64,000 nt of DNA from Antechinus flavipes (taxonomy: Eukaryota). The position numbers were made by a program, and so were the translations under genes. This document shows, piece after piece, positions 52,770 to 64,000 of the stretch. Within the stretch, counting starts at the first letter, position 1. The number at the start of each line of letters is the position of its first letter. The DNA lies in assembly GCF_016432865.1 (NCBI RefSeq), contig NC_067398.1, forward strand, positions 334,242,001 to 334,306,000, in the 5' to 3' direction. The notes below the pieces were generated by a model, which saw nothing but the letters and a program-made list of their open reading frames with translations, did no database searches and was not told the origin of the DNA.

Positions 52770-53545
52770 TACATTTAATACCTATTTGGGAAATTATCAA
52801 ACTGTGCAAACCCTTTAATCCAGCAGTGTTACTACTGGGCTTATATCCCAAAGAGATCTTAAAGAAGGGAAAGGGATCTGTATGTGCAAGAATGTTTGTG
52901 GCAGCCTTCTTTGTTGTGGCCAGAAACTGGAAACTGAGTGAATGCCCATCAATTGGAGAATGGTTGAATAAATTGTGGTATATGAATGTTATGGAATATT
53001 ATTGTTCTGTAAGGAATAACCAGAAGGATGATTTCAGAAAGGCTTGGAGAGACTTACATGAACTGATGATGAGTGAAATGAGCAGGACCAGGAGATCATT
53101 ATATACTTCAACAACAATACTATATGATGATCAATTCTGATGGATGTGGCCCTCTTCAACAATGAGATGAACCAAATCAGTTCCAATAGAGCAGTAATGA
53201 ATTGAACCAGCTACACCCAGCGAAAGAACTCTGGGAGATGACTATGAACCACTAGATAGAATTCCTAATCCCTCTGTTTTTGTCTGACTACATTTTTTAT
53301 TTCCTTCACAGGCTAATTGTACACTATTTCAAAGTCCAATTCTTTTTGTACAGCAAAATAACTGTTTGGACATGTATACTTATATTGTATTTAATTTATA
53401 TTTTAACATATTTAACATGTATTGATCAACCTGCCATCTGGGGGAAGGAGGGGAAAAGTTGAAACAAAAGATCTTACAATTGTCAATGTTGAAAAATTAC
53501 CCATGCATATATCTTGTAAATAAAAAGCTAAATAAATAAAAGTTC
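52770..53545 (+). mobile_element. 5'-truncated L1 (ORF2 C-terminus plus 3'UTR and A-rich tail)
   Basis: The ORF at 52742-53140 translates PFNPAVLLLGLYPKEILKKGKGSVCARMFVAAFFVVARNWKLSECPSIGEWLNKLWYMNVMEYY, the L1 ORF2 C-terminal domain. It is followed by a 3'UTR and AATAAA-rich tail. Confidence 0.93.
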
Positions 53546-54289
53546 ACCCCCCAAAAAATAATAATATCTATTTGGAGACCCTTCTATGAAGTTTAATACA
53601 AAAAGTCCTTGACTGAGCCATCAGGAAAGCTATACCCTTATCCTGACTTTGTCATTTATAAATTAGTAGTATGACTTTGGGAAGTCCTTTTTCCCTTTTG
53701 GATCTAGGATATGAAGGAGTTATATTGAATAGTCTACAAGGTCAGCTCTAATATTCTATATTTTAAGCTCCCTTCTAGTTCCATATCCTACATTCCCTAA
53801 TATTCTATTGATTGATCATCAGACATTTATTTAGTGCCTGCTATGTTCTGAAGTCTGTTCCCATACAAAATGTCTATATCTTAAGATCTTTAATGACTAC
53901 AGTTCTAGGAATTTATGAGTTTTGTAAGGAAGAATTGAAGTTTTGGGCAAAATATGCGGGAAATGTTGAAGAGGGAAAGTCCAAAAAACTATTTCAAAGT
54001 CTGATTTTTCTTGAGCAGCATGACAAATATGGAAATATGTTTAGAAGAATTATACTTACTTAATCAACTTTTCTCCCTGGGTGTCTTGCTTGAACTTCCA
54101 AATCAACATATCTAAAATTAAACTCATCATTTCCCCCCATAACTTTGCCCCTTTCCTAAATTATCCATTTCTATTGGTGGCATCCCCATCCAATCACACC
54201 ATCTTGAAATTTGTGTAATTATGAAAGTCTTTTCTTCTCCATTAATTAATTGTCTAATCCTCTTTTAAAGAACTTTGAGGTGTTTTTTT

Positions 54290-54640
54290 TTTAAGGTTTT
54301 TAACTAGTATTTTATCCTCCAAATACATGCAAAGATAGTTTTGAACATTCATCTTTGCAAAACCTTGTGTTCCAAACTTTTCTCCTTTTCTCCTCCTTCT
54401 GCCCCAAGACAGCAAGCAATCAGATATAGGTTAAATATGTGCAATTCTAAAGATAATTCCATTTTCATCATGTTGCACAAGAAAAATTAGATCAAAAGGG
54501 AAAAAATGTGAGAAAGAAAAAGAAACAAGCAAACAAACAACAATAACAATAACAACAAAATTTGAAAATACTATCCTTTGATATACATTCAGTCTCCTTG
54601 GTTCTCTTTCTGGATGCTGATGGCTTTTTCTATTACAAGT
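54290..54640 (-). mobile_element. Older L1 3'UTR fragment
   Basis: 'ccaaatacatgcaaagatagttttgaacattcatctttgcaaaaccttgtgttccaaac...cccaagacagcaagcaat'. A related copy lies at about 36000-36110. Confidence 0.65.
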
Positions 54641-57600
54641 TTATTGGAATATGAAAGAAGTTAATGGATTTTAAAAAAATATGTTAACAATATTTTAGAA
54701 TAGCTTATTTCCCTTTGTAATCTGGATTTTATTTTATGTATTTAGAAACATTCTGAGAAAGAGTTCATTGGTTTCATCAGACCGCCAAAGGGATCCCTGG
54801 TCCAAAAAAAAGGTGAAGAACCCCTGTCTTATATACCGCATCTGCCTTCACTGTATTTCTAACATCCATCCATCCTTTCTTCTCCCTCCTTGGTTTGGAG
54901 TCTCCTTGCCTATATTCCGGATTATTATGACATTTTCTTGGTTGGTCTTCCTTTCTCTGTTCTCTCAAATCCATAGAATAATGTGCAGGATAATCACTCT
55001 GCTCTGATCACTGCTCTGCTCAAAAACCTCTTTTGGTTCCCTACTGTTTCCAGAATAAATCTCTTTAATTTGGAATGCAAGACTTTCCACAGACTGGCTT
55101 CAAATGATTCTCTCAAATTTAATCCACTCCATTCGCCTCCATGCTCCATATATCCCGACCAAAGCAGATTACTTATCTGCCTTGTCAACACCTTCTTTCC
55201 CAAATCCGAATTCCTTTCCCTACCTGCTGTAAACCTTTTCAGGGTCCAACTCAGGAACCCCTTAGCCGACTCCCTTCTCTTTCAGCTAATAGTGACCTTG
55301 CCCTTCCTGTGTTTCCCAAGCTACTTTGATCTTTCCATTCTATATATCACATTTATATAGAGGGCTTGTTTTAGCCTCTCTACCAAATTGTAAGCCCCTT
55401 GTGCTGTGTCTCATTTTATCTTTGTATCTCTAGTACCTAGTATAGAACATTGGCCCTTAGTAAATGTTAATTGAATTGAATTGAATCAATTGAAAATATG
55501 AAAGGAAATTCTTGCAACACATATTATCTGAACTCATCATTCATTCATTTTTTTCAAGAAACATTTATGAAGTGTCAGCTACATACATCATGCTGTTGCT
55601 TGGTACTAGGCAGTACAATGGATAGAACTCTGGATCTGGACTCAGGAAGACCTGAATTCAAATCTAACCTTAAATACCAGCTGTGTGACCCGAGATAAGT
55701 TACTTAATCTCTGCCTCAATTTTCTTGTCTGTAAAATAGGGATAATAGTATCTCTGTGTTAGGATTGTTATGAGATGAGATGTTGCAAAGCTTAAAGTGC
55801 TATATAACTTACTAGATATAGAGGAGACAAAATTTCAGATAAGACTTGAATTCTTACTTGCATGAAGCTTACAGTCTAGCAGATACTTATGACACAGTGC
55901 TTTGGTTTGTACTTTTTAAAAATTGGTTTTGCATGTTATTTTGTCTGCTGAACTAGACTATACCACAATTTGAGGAAAGCCTGACATCTGCTCCTCTCTT
56001 TGCCTATCATGGAGCTGGGCATACAAGGACAGCAAACCCTAGTAGAGGATCCATTGATTGAGGAACAGGAGCCATGGGTATTGGGGCAAGGAGCAGGATG
56101 CCTCACTTTTGAGAGAGACTTAGTGACGAATAAAATGAAGGTCTGGAAAGAAAGGAGCTTGGGAAAAGAAGTGGGGCTGGACACTGGCACCTACCTCCTT
56201 TCCCTGGTCCATCAGACATAATCACCCCACTGAGCTGGTTCCCTGCAATCCCACTGAGGAGGGTGTGACTCAGCTCCCCCAGCTCTTGGCCCTCAATCTG
56301 GGATGCTCCACACCCGTTTGCGGTTTCCATCCTCTACCCCCCACTATTCTCCCTCAGGCTCCTCTTGTTACCATTAGCTGGAGAATTCAGACAGGCGGCC
56401 CCAGGCCAGCCCTGGGAGGGGAAGACACCTGGGTTCTCTTAAGCAAGGGGAGCTAGAGGAGAGACACTTTGGTTCCGAAAAGGGAGTGGACATAGGGGGG
56501 GAAAAACTTGTCTGAGAAAGGATAAAACACTTCAGAGGGGAGAAAGAATTAGGATATTGACAGTCTCTGTAAAGGAAAAGGACATCCTTTGGTTCTAAGA
56601 AAGAGAATGAAAGATAAAGAAGGGCTGAAATAAAAAAGGAGTTCTTTTCTTGTGTTCTGGGCACCTCTGTCAATCTGGTGAAACCCACAGATCCCTTCTC
56701 AGAATAATGTTTTTAAATACATAAAATAAAATAGGATTACAAAAGAAACCAATAATTTTCAAATATATATTAATATAATATTTGGCACATTTGCTAAATG
56801 CCTGTGATGTTATCTCCATTTATCAAAATATTAAAAAAAAAGTTTATGGATCCCAAGAGAAAAGCCTTGGAGGATTCCTGACTTTTGAAAATATGGGAAA
56901 AAACATGAGTTTCCAGGTTGCAAGATTCTGAATAAAGGTACTCTAGCATACCCCATGGGAATTATCTGGAACAGCATGGCCCTGATCCTGAGGTCAGCCT
57001 TCCAAGGAGAAGAGAGGTCACTGGCAAGAAAAACTGGCTTAAGCTAGAAAAGGAATGTGGCCAGTGTTGGTGAGGGACTAATTTCAAAGGTGTGGACCAA
57101 TGTGGAGCTGGGTCTCCTTCAGAAAGCAAGCTATCCTGAGCTCTAGGTTCCATTGCCCAATTCCTGCTCAGAATCCATCCCCTATTATTCTTCCCAGATC
57201 CTCTTTCCCATTCTAGAATCTAAGCAACTAAAGCATCCAGGCTTCAGGGCTCTCCAGTCTCTCCTTATTCTTTTATCCTACAAATGAATAGGTTGACAAA
57301 TAGGCCATTTGGACACTGGTGTGACTACAAGAAACTCTGCAGATGGCATAGATAATTATCAAACTTCAGTTCGTCCTGCTGATGTGCTAGAGAGGCAGTT
57401 GGAATTAATATTAGGAATTCTATGTTTAAATCCTTACTAGTTTAGTAACTATGGGCAAGTCACTGAACCATGCTAAGTCTCGGTTTCCTCATCTAAAATG
57501 AGGCTAATTGTTCTTGCAGGGCGGTTTTGTTTTGTGAGGCAAGTGGAATTGAGCCCAAGGTCACACAGCTCTTAAGGGTCAAGGGTCTGAGATGGGATTT

Positions 57601-57674
57601 GAGCTCAAGATTCCAAGGCTGGGAACCGGTGTTCTATCAACTATGCTACCTACCTGACTTGCAGGGGGTATTTT

Positions 57675-58178
57675 TTTTAATTTTTATTTAATAATTACTT
57701 TATATTGACAGAATCCATGCCAGGATAATTTTTTTTTTTACAACATTATCCTTTGCACTCGTTTCTGTTCCAATTTTTTTCCCCTCCCTCCCTCCACCCC
57801 CTCCCCTAGATGGCAAGCAGTCCTTTATATGTTGGATACGTTGCAGTATATCCTAGGTACAATATATGTTTGCAGAACCGAACAGATCTCTTGTTGCACA
57901 GGGAGAATTGGATTCAGAAGGTATAAATAACACGGGAAGAAAAACAAAAATGCAGATAGTTCACATTCGTTTCCCAGTGTTCTTTCTTTGGGTGTAGCTG
58001 CTTTTGTCCGTCATTTATCAATTGAAACTCAGTTAGGTCTCTTTGTCAAAGAAATCCACTTCCATCAAAATATGTCCTCATACAATAGCATTGTTGAAGT
58101 GTATAATGATCTCCTGGTTCTGCTCATTTCACTTAGCATCAGTTCATGTAAGTCTCGCCAGTCCTCTCTATATTCATC
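57675..58178 (-). mobile_element. 5'-truncated L1 3' end with 17-bp target-site duplication
   Basis: L1 3' sequence (antisense '...ctcctggttctgctcatttcacttagcatcagttcatgtaagtc') flanked by the exact direct repeat CTTGCAGGGGGTATTTT at 57658-57674 and 58179-58195. The minus-strand target reads TT/AAAA. Confidence 0.9.
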
Positions 58179-59363
58179 CTTGCAGGGGGTATTTTAAGGA
58201 AACTGCTTTGATACCCTTAAGAGGTTATATGACTAACAAAATATAGAATAAGGCAGAAGGCTAAGCAGAATCCATCCAAAGCTAACCTTCAGAACCCAGA
58301 TACTCCTTAGTATTAATATTATATATAAATCATGAATCTTTGTTTTCATTAATGCAAATTCAAATGCCCCTCCACTTTTTAGTAGCTGATTTCATGAACT
58401 ATTATGGCTGAAAATAAATTCATCACTTGGTTACCAACCTTCTGAGGATGAACTTCTCTGAACTTACCTAATTTGGGCCTGAGTCTCAACTTCCTCATTT
58501 GTAAATTATGGTTGAACCAGATGATCCTTAAGGTTCCCTTCATGCTCTAACATACTTATATTCTATGTTCTAAGGTTCCTTGTTTAACCTTAACATTTAC
58601 TATTTTTATCCATTGAAATATTATCTGTCTTTAAAACTCATTTCTTAGGCCATCTTCTTAAAGTCTTCTCTATCCTTCCCTAATCCTGCTTGAAGCAATT
58701 TCTTTTTTCTCTAAATTTTAAAAATACTTTGTTTCAACCTCTTCCTTACATAGTTACAGCTATTTCTATGTGTATCTGGCTTGTGTCTCAGTGCTCTGCA
58801 ACTTTAGGCAAGTTACTTACCCCCATGAGCCTCAGTTTTCTCATCTGCAAAATAGAAAGGTGAATATGTAATACATGGTTGTCTAAAGGGATACTTGTAA
58901 TCTCATAGAGGGAGAAAGGTTTTGTAAATTCCTGAGTATTATCTAGGTTTAATCCTCCTAGACTGAGCTTCTAGAGGATGGGAATTTCTTTCCATCTGTT
59001 TCCTTAGCACCCAGCTCCGAGCTCCACATGAAGTGTAAGTATTCAAAAAAATGCTGAATGACTAATAATAACTTTAATTTATGTGGTATTTAAAATTTTG
59101 AATTTTTAAAAAAGTGCTTCAAAAATTATCTTTATCATTATATCAACTCAGTGAGAGAAATAATGCAAATATTATCTCCATTCTATAGATGAAGAATCTG
59201 AGGTTCAATTGACTTAATGATTGGATATTCCATTGAGGGATGATATGGAAGGCTCAAAGTTGGCATTTGTTGGTAGGCCAAGGTATTTTTGTTTCCCTCC
59301 TCTATTCCATGTGCTGGTGCACGAGAAGAAATATGGATGACTGAGGCAGTCATTAAACTTTTA

Positions 59364-59379
59364 GCCACCAGATGGCACT
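59364..59379 (+). promoter_or_regulatory. Candidate CTCF site
   Basis: GCCACCAGATGGCACT matches the CTCF core CCASYAGRKGGCRS. Confidence 0.5.
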
Positions 59380-60365
59380 GAGGTGACCCTTATTCCAGAT
59401 GTGATAAACTAAAGGAAGGATCGTTGGCCGGTATGATTTAGAATTTGGGATAATCTTAGGATTATTCTTCTATTACAATCTCTTTATTTTTTTTCAGAGG
59501 AAAAAAATCATCTGGGCCTGAAATATAACAGATGCAGAAGAAATGCTTGTTGATGGATCAAAAGTAGCTGAACTGTGATTTATCCATAGGTATTTTGGTT
59601 CTAGGTCCAAGGGCCTTCAGAACCTGGTACCCCAGGAAGTAAGTGAAGTCCTTAAAACAGATCCTAGAAGAGAGGGGAAATCTCTAAGGACCCAGGCCTT
59701 AGTGGTATGTTGGAAGGTCATTGACCACAGAGACTCCATGGCAAATGGAGCAGTGGTTTCCAAAGTAGAATGTAAGCATGAGTGCAAGGGGGGCTTCATT
59801 CTAAGAAGTATATGATCAATCAATTGGAGATGAATCATATCCTACCTCCTGGAGATATATTTACTCCAACACAATCATACCTACCCATTACAATCCAATA
59901 CCACCCTCTCCATCTTTTCCTTCAAATTCACAAATACTTAATCTTCTGAGCTCAATACTAACTACTTAGAAAAGTTAAAATTTAATGGCTTCCATGGCAG
60001 GTGCTTGGGTGCCATTTTGAAAATCAACCTCTCCTTCCCTCAACAAAAACACCATTAAGATTTGGTTTTTACTGATAGCAATGTGTGATCAAAAAAGTTT
60101 GGAAGTCATTGATACAGACAGTCCTCCAATTCTCTTCCCAATATTCTCAATATTCCAAATCCATATGAGCCTTGTACCCCAAGTGGTATTCATTCTCCCC
60201 AGTGCACATTCAAAAGGCATCTAGCGTAATGAAAAGATCATTTAGGAAACAGAAGACCCTGGGTGTTAATCTCTCTTCTGCCACTTATCTGTATGATTTA
60301 GGATGTTACTTTCCTTCTATGGGCCTCAGTTTTTCCATTTGTAAAATGAACAGATTAGATCAGAT

Positions 60366-60546
60366 CAAGGGTTCTTAACTCTTTTTGTGTCATAAATTCC
60401 AAGTCTGGTGAAGCCCTTCTCAAAAAACTGTTTTTAAATGCATAAGATGCACAGGATTATAAAGGAAACCAATTATATTGAAATATATTTATCAAAATAT
60501 ATACTCTTTTAAATCAAACTTGTGGACTCCCTGTTAAGAATCCCTG
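60366..60546 (+). mobile_element. Full-length hAT/Charlie-type MITE
   Basis: TIRs CAAGGGTTCTTAAC (60366-60379) / GTTAAGAATCCCTG (60533-60546). The flanking 8-mers GATCAGAT and AATCAGAG fit a decayed 8-bp hAT TSD. Confidence 0.75.
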
Positions 60547-60659
60547 AATCAGAGTTCTTCCAATTCTGATAATTCCATGAATTATCATCAGATATAGCCT
60601 ATTCTTACTCATTCTCTATCACTTCCTAGCAGTGTCCTGGTCTTTCCTTTCCACTATCC

Positions 60660-60830
60660 TCCACCCCAAACACACATACATACACATACACACACATATT
60701 AGCTCCTTCACATACATATACACACATACTTAGATGAACAATTATATGTAATATATGGATGTATATACATATATACAAATACACATACATACATACAAAT
60801 TCACACACAATGTGCACACATACACACATG
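60660..60830. repeat. Degenerate (CA/TA)n low-complexity repeat
   Basis: CACACATACATA-type repeats; the source of the spurious MCVCVH ORF. Confidence 0.85.
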
Positions 60831-61554
60831 AAGAGATGTAGTCAGAAACATGGAAATCTTCAGAAGCTTCTAGACACAGATTAGTGTCTGTCCCTCTGGC
60901 AGCGTCCCTGCCAAGCAGGAGGGGAGCTTGGAATGGGTAAGGGGAATAGAGTGTACAGAGGTCAGGGTGGGTCTCTCCTCCGGGCTTTGCCCTGGGTGAT
61001 GCCAGAGCAAGGAGTGGGCCAGCTTGGACAGAGAGGAGGGAAATGTCAGTATCCTTGTCAGCCTTCCCAGGACTGAGTAGACAAAGCTAGGAGAGACTGA
61101 TGGAAAATCCCCGTGAGATGGCTGACCATGGGGCCTCCTCTCTTTCCTCTAGGCTAGTCCAGCCAGCCTGCTCCAATGTCAGGACTGAATATCGTCACTC
61201 TCCAAGGTGGGGGAGTTTGGGGGAGTCAGTTGAGACTCGTATACCCTGGCTGCGCCATGCCAACATAACTTCAGGGCCCTTTGGTGCCAGAGCTGTTATT
61301 ATCCTCTCTGACTTGGTACTCCCATTCAGCCTTCTTTCTCTATGGAACAAACCCAAGAAATGAGACTGATATTCCATAGATACATACATTCCCACTGGCA
61401 GAAAGGTAAATTCATCCAGAACCCCAGAAATGAAATGATCAGAATGAAGTGAGTTGGATGTGATTAAACCCGATGAACTCAATTCCAAATTAAAACAAAA
61501 AACAAAAAACCCTAAGACATTTCATTTTGAACATTAGTCTAATTTGCATAGGAC

Positions 61555-61713
61555 AGGGCCAGCTAGGTGGTGCAGTGGATAGAGCACCAGCCCTGAAGTC
61601 AGGAGGACCCGAATTCAAATCTGGTCTCAGATACTTCATGCTTCCTAGCTGTGTGACCTTGGACAAGTCACTTAACCCCAACTGCCTCAGCCAAAAAAAA
61701 AAAAAAAAAAAAG
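61555..61713 (+). mobile_element. Young WSINE1-like SINE with long A-tail
   Basis: GGGCCAGCTAGGTGGTGCAGTGGATAGAGCACCAGCCCTGAAGTCAGGAGGACCCGAATTCAAATCTGGTCTCAGA...GTGTGACCTTGGACAAGTCACTTAACCCCAACTGCCTCAGCC followed by poly(A). Imperfect TSD AATTT..TAGGACA on both sides. Confidence 0.9.
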
Positions 61714-63769
61714 AATAATTTTTCTAGGACAGAATTAGGGAGCCATTTCCAAAGTTTCCTTCCCTATTTGTCCTTTATTCCAGATTACCCAGCAAGCCTC
61801 CTGTCTAACAGCCACTGACATGTCTACAGAATTCATCTCACATGGGATAATATCTGAAGGCATCTTCTTCCTGCTGAGATACAGGGAAGTAGTACCTCAT
61901 TATCTCTGGATCTCACTGGAGGGCACATTGTCTGTTAAATCTTGCAAGTTGCCTATCCCTATACCTATGTTAAATTTTGCCTCTGATACTACCTTGGACT
62001 AGTCCCTTAGCTCTTCTGGGCCTCAGTTTTCTCATTTGTAAAAAGGAAAAGCTTTGACTAGAAGAATTCTGAGAACTCTTTCAGTTCTAGATATCTGATC
62101 CTGTGCCTAGATTTAGGGCAGTACACTTCTCTGGGAAAGCATCATGGAGTTGAAGCAGAGTGAATTGGGAGTTGCAAATTTTGGATTTGAGTCCCTATCA
62201 TTTATTGCTCCTATAAGTACTGCAAGGCTAATACCTTCTCTAAAATTGAGTTTGGGGTCTGTAGTCTAATAACTTAGGGAAGTAAGAATGAATAATAGTC
62301 AGTTTGCTACAGAGGTATGAATCCTTTGATCATGACAGTTCCTGAAACAAAGAAAAATGTAAAAATAGTCTTCAGTTTTATGTGGTAGGCTTCTGCTTCC
62401 ACAATAACAATGGTGGAATGATGGAAAGTGATGGGAGAGGAAACAGAGGGGAAAGGGGAAGTGAGGAGATTAGGCAGGAGAATAGGGTCAGGGGTATTGA
62501 CTTCCATGTACAATATTGCATGGAAGGAGTGAGAAAGCAAGGATCTGTGTGCCCTGGATCTGAGGCATCATAAAGTCTCGTGTTCCATCCAGCTTGTTCT
62601 ACTTTCTGTCCCTCTGGCCAGTCCCAGGCTCTCTGCATCTGTCTTGTGAAAAGTCAGCATCTTGGATCTGATTTTAATTTTATGTCTCTACCATCCTTTG
62701 TCTATAACTGTCAGGCAAGGAATAGCCACAGCTCATAACTCTGCTTCCTGCTCTGTTGGCCAGCATTGAATCCTAGAAGTGTTCCTATTTGTCTTCAGAG
62801 ACACTTGTCTTCTTCTATAGATCTGTCAAGGCCAATGCTAAAAAGGGGACCTATAGCTTTTCTGGCGAAACCTAAGGACCTCTAGCCTCTTGTTCTTTTA
62901 AATCTTGTTGGCAACATTTGTGGAAAAGGAATGGGATGGTATACTGGAGGGAACTTTGAAAGCTGATTGTTAAATTTTTGGTCTGAGTATTTACACTTTA
63001 GAAATGCTACAAATCAGATTTTAATTTATTGTTTTGTTGATTTTCTAGATTTAAGAAAGTGAGAGAGGAAATGTTATTACTGTAGATTAAATTCCAAAAC
63101 ATATTATGCATACTTTTTTTTTAAGCTGGAGAGCTGACTATTAAACATTTACCAAAACTCTTTATAACATGGTTATTATGTTCAAGATGTGGTTTTGAGG
63201 CAAAAAAAGAAGTTATCTTGCCACCTAAGTGGAAGAGGGAAGAGAGATTAGGAAAACCTAAGAAAGCAGGAACAGAATAATTGAGGCCTCACTTTGGAGC
63301 TCTAGAAGAAAGTAGAGCTTCAGGTAGTAACATCGGTCAGGATGGAAGCACCAGGTAGGAGTAAAGGTACCATTACTTTCTTTTCATGAAAAAGGGATAT
63401 CAGGAAGAAGCAACTGAGATGCAATTGAGAGCAATCAAATGAGACTCAAATAGAAAGGTCAAAGCCCAAAAGATAGGCTTAAATCTATGTCTATTCATGA
63501 AAGAGGTAATATAGGCAATAGGAGGAGGTGAGTGTGGGATTAGTCAGAGAATGAATGATAGCCAAGCAATTATTATTAAATATATTTTTTTTTTTGGTCT
63601 GGAACTGAGGTTTAATCAATATGCGGGAGTTTCCCTGTGAGAACACTCCCTCTCCCGATGCAGGTCTGCAACTGTTCTTTCTGCAGTTTGATACTCGAAG
63701 AGAATTTGCCTGGGGCACTAAGGGTTATAAATAATAGTATTTGGAATTTTTAGCGTGCAAATAAGCCTT

Positions 63770-64000
63770 ATTTTATAGTCATTTTTTGAAGATGTAGTTT
63801 CAAATTTTTTCCTCCCTCTAGCTCCTTCCCCACCCATTGAGAAAGTAATGTGTAATGATACACATTATGCATGTGAAACATGTCTTTACATTAGCTATAT
63901 TGCAAAAAAAAAAAAAAAAAAAAGCAGGTTGAGAAGAGAAAAAATATGCTTCAATCCACATTTAGAGTTCATTAGTTTTCTCTTTAGAAGTGAATAGCAT
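63770..64000 (-). mobile_element. Old L1 3'UTR fragment running off the window end
   Basis: 'ttcaaattttttcctccctc...cccacccattgagaaag...catgtgaaacatgtctttacattagctatattgcaaaaaa...aatatgcttcaatccacatttagagttcattagttttctct', typical of marsupial L1 3' ends in antisense. Confidence 0.6.

Overview
Mammalian genomic DNA, almost certainly from a marsupial. WSINE1/MAR1-type SINEs and marsupial-type L1 3' ends point to a dasyurid such as the Tasmanian devil (inference). The window is syntenic, in inverted orientation, with the human 16p13.3 block THOC6-HCFC1R1-TNFRSF12A-CLDN6-CLDN9-GREP1. I reconstructed spliced CDSs by hand from GT-AG boundaries and frame continuity: THOC6 (-, 12 coding exons), HCFC1R1 (+, 4), TNFRSF12A/Fn14 (-, 4), CLDN6 (+, 1), CLDN9 (-, 1) and GREP1 (-, 29 in-frame exons, most only 26-60 nt, about 467 aa). 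The ORF track misses GREP1 almost entirely. Main points of interest: (1) GREP1 has a tropoelastin-like architecture of symmetric phase-1 mini-exons, with alternating KxQK and Gly/aromatic exons, several frame-broken or decayed exon copies, and a C-terminal CxxxxC. (2) An unassigned CpG island between CLDN9 and GREP1 holds an AUG-less Leu/Pro-rich ORF with a Kozak-context CUG and canonical SH3-ligand motifs. (3) CLDN6 and CLDN9 share a near-identical nucleotide tract suggesting gene conversion. The rest is SINE/LINE/DNA-transposon debris, with one 153-N gap. Homology statements come from remembered protein sequences, not database searches.
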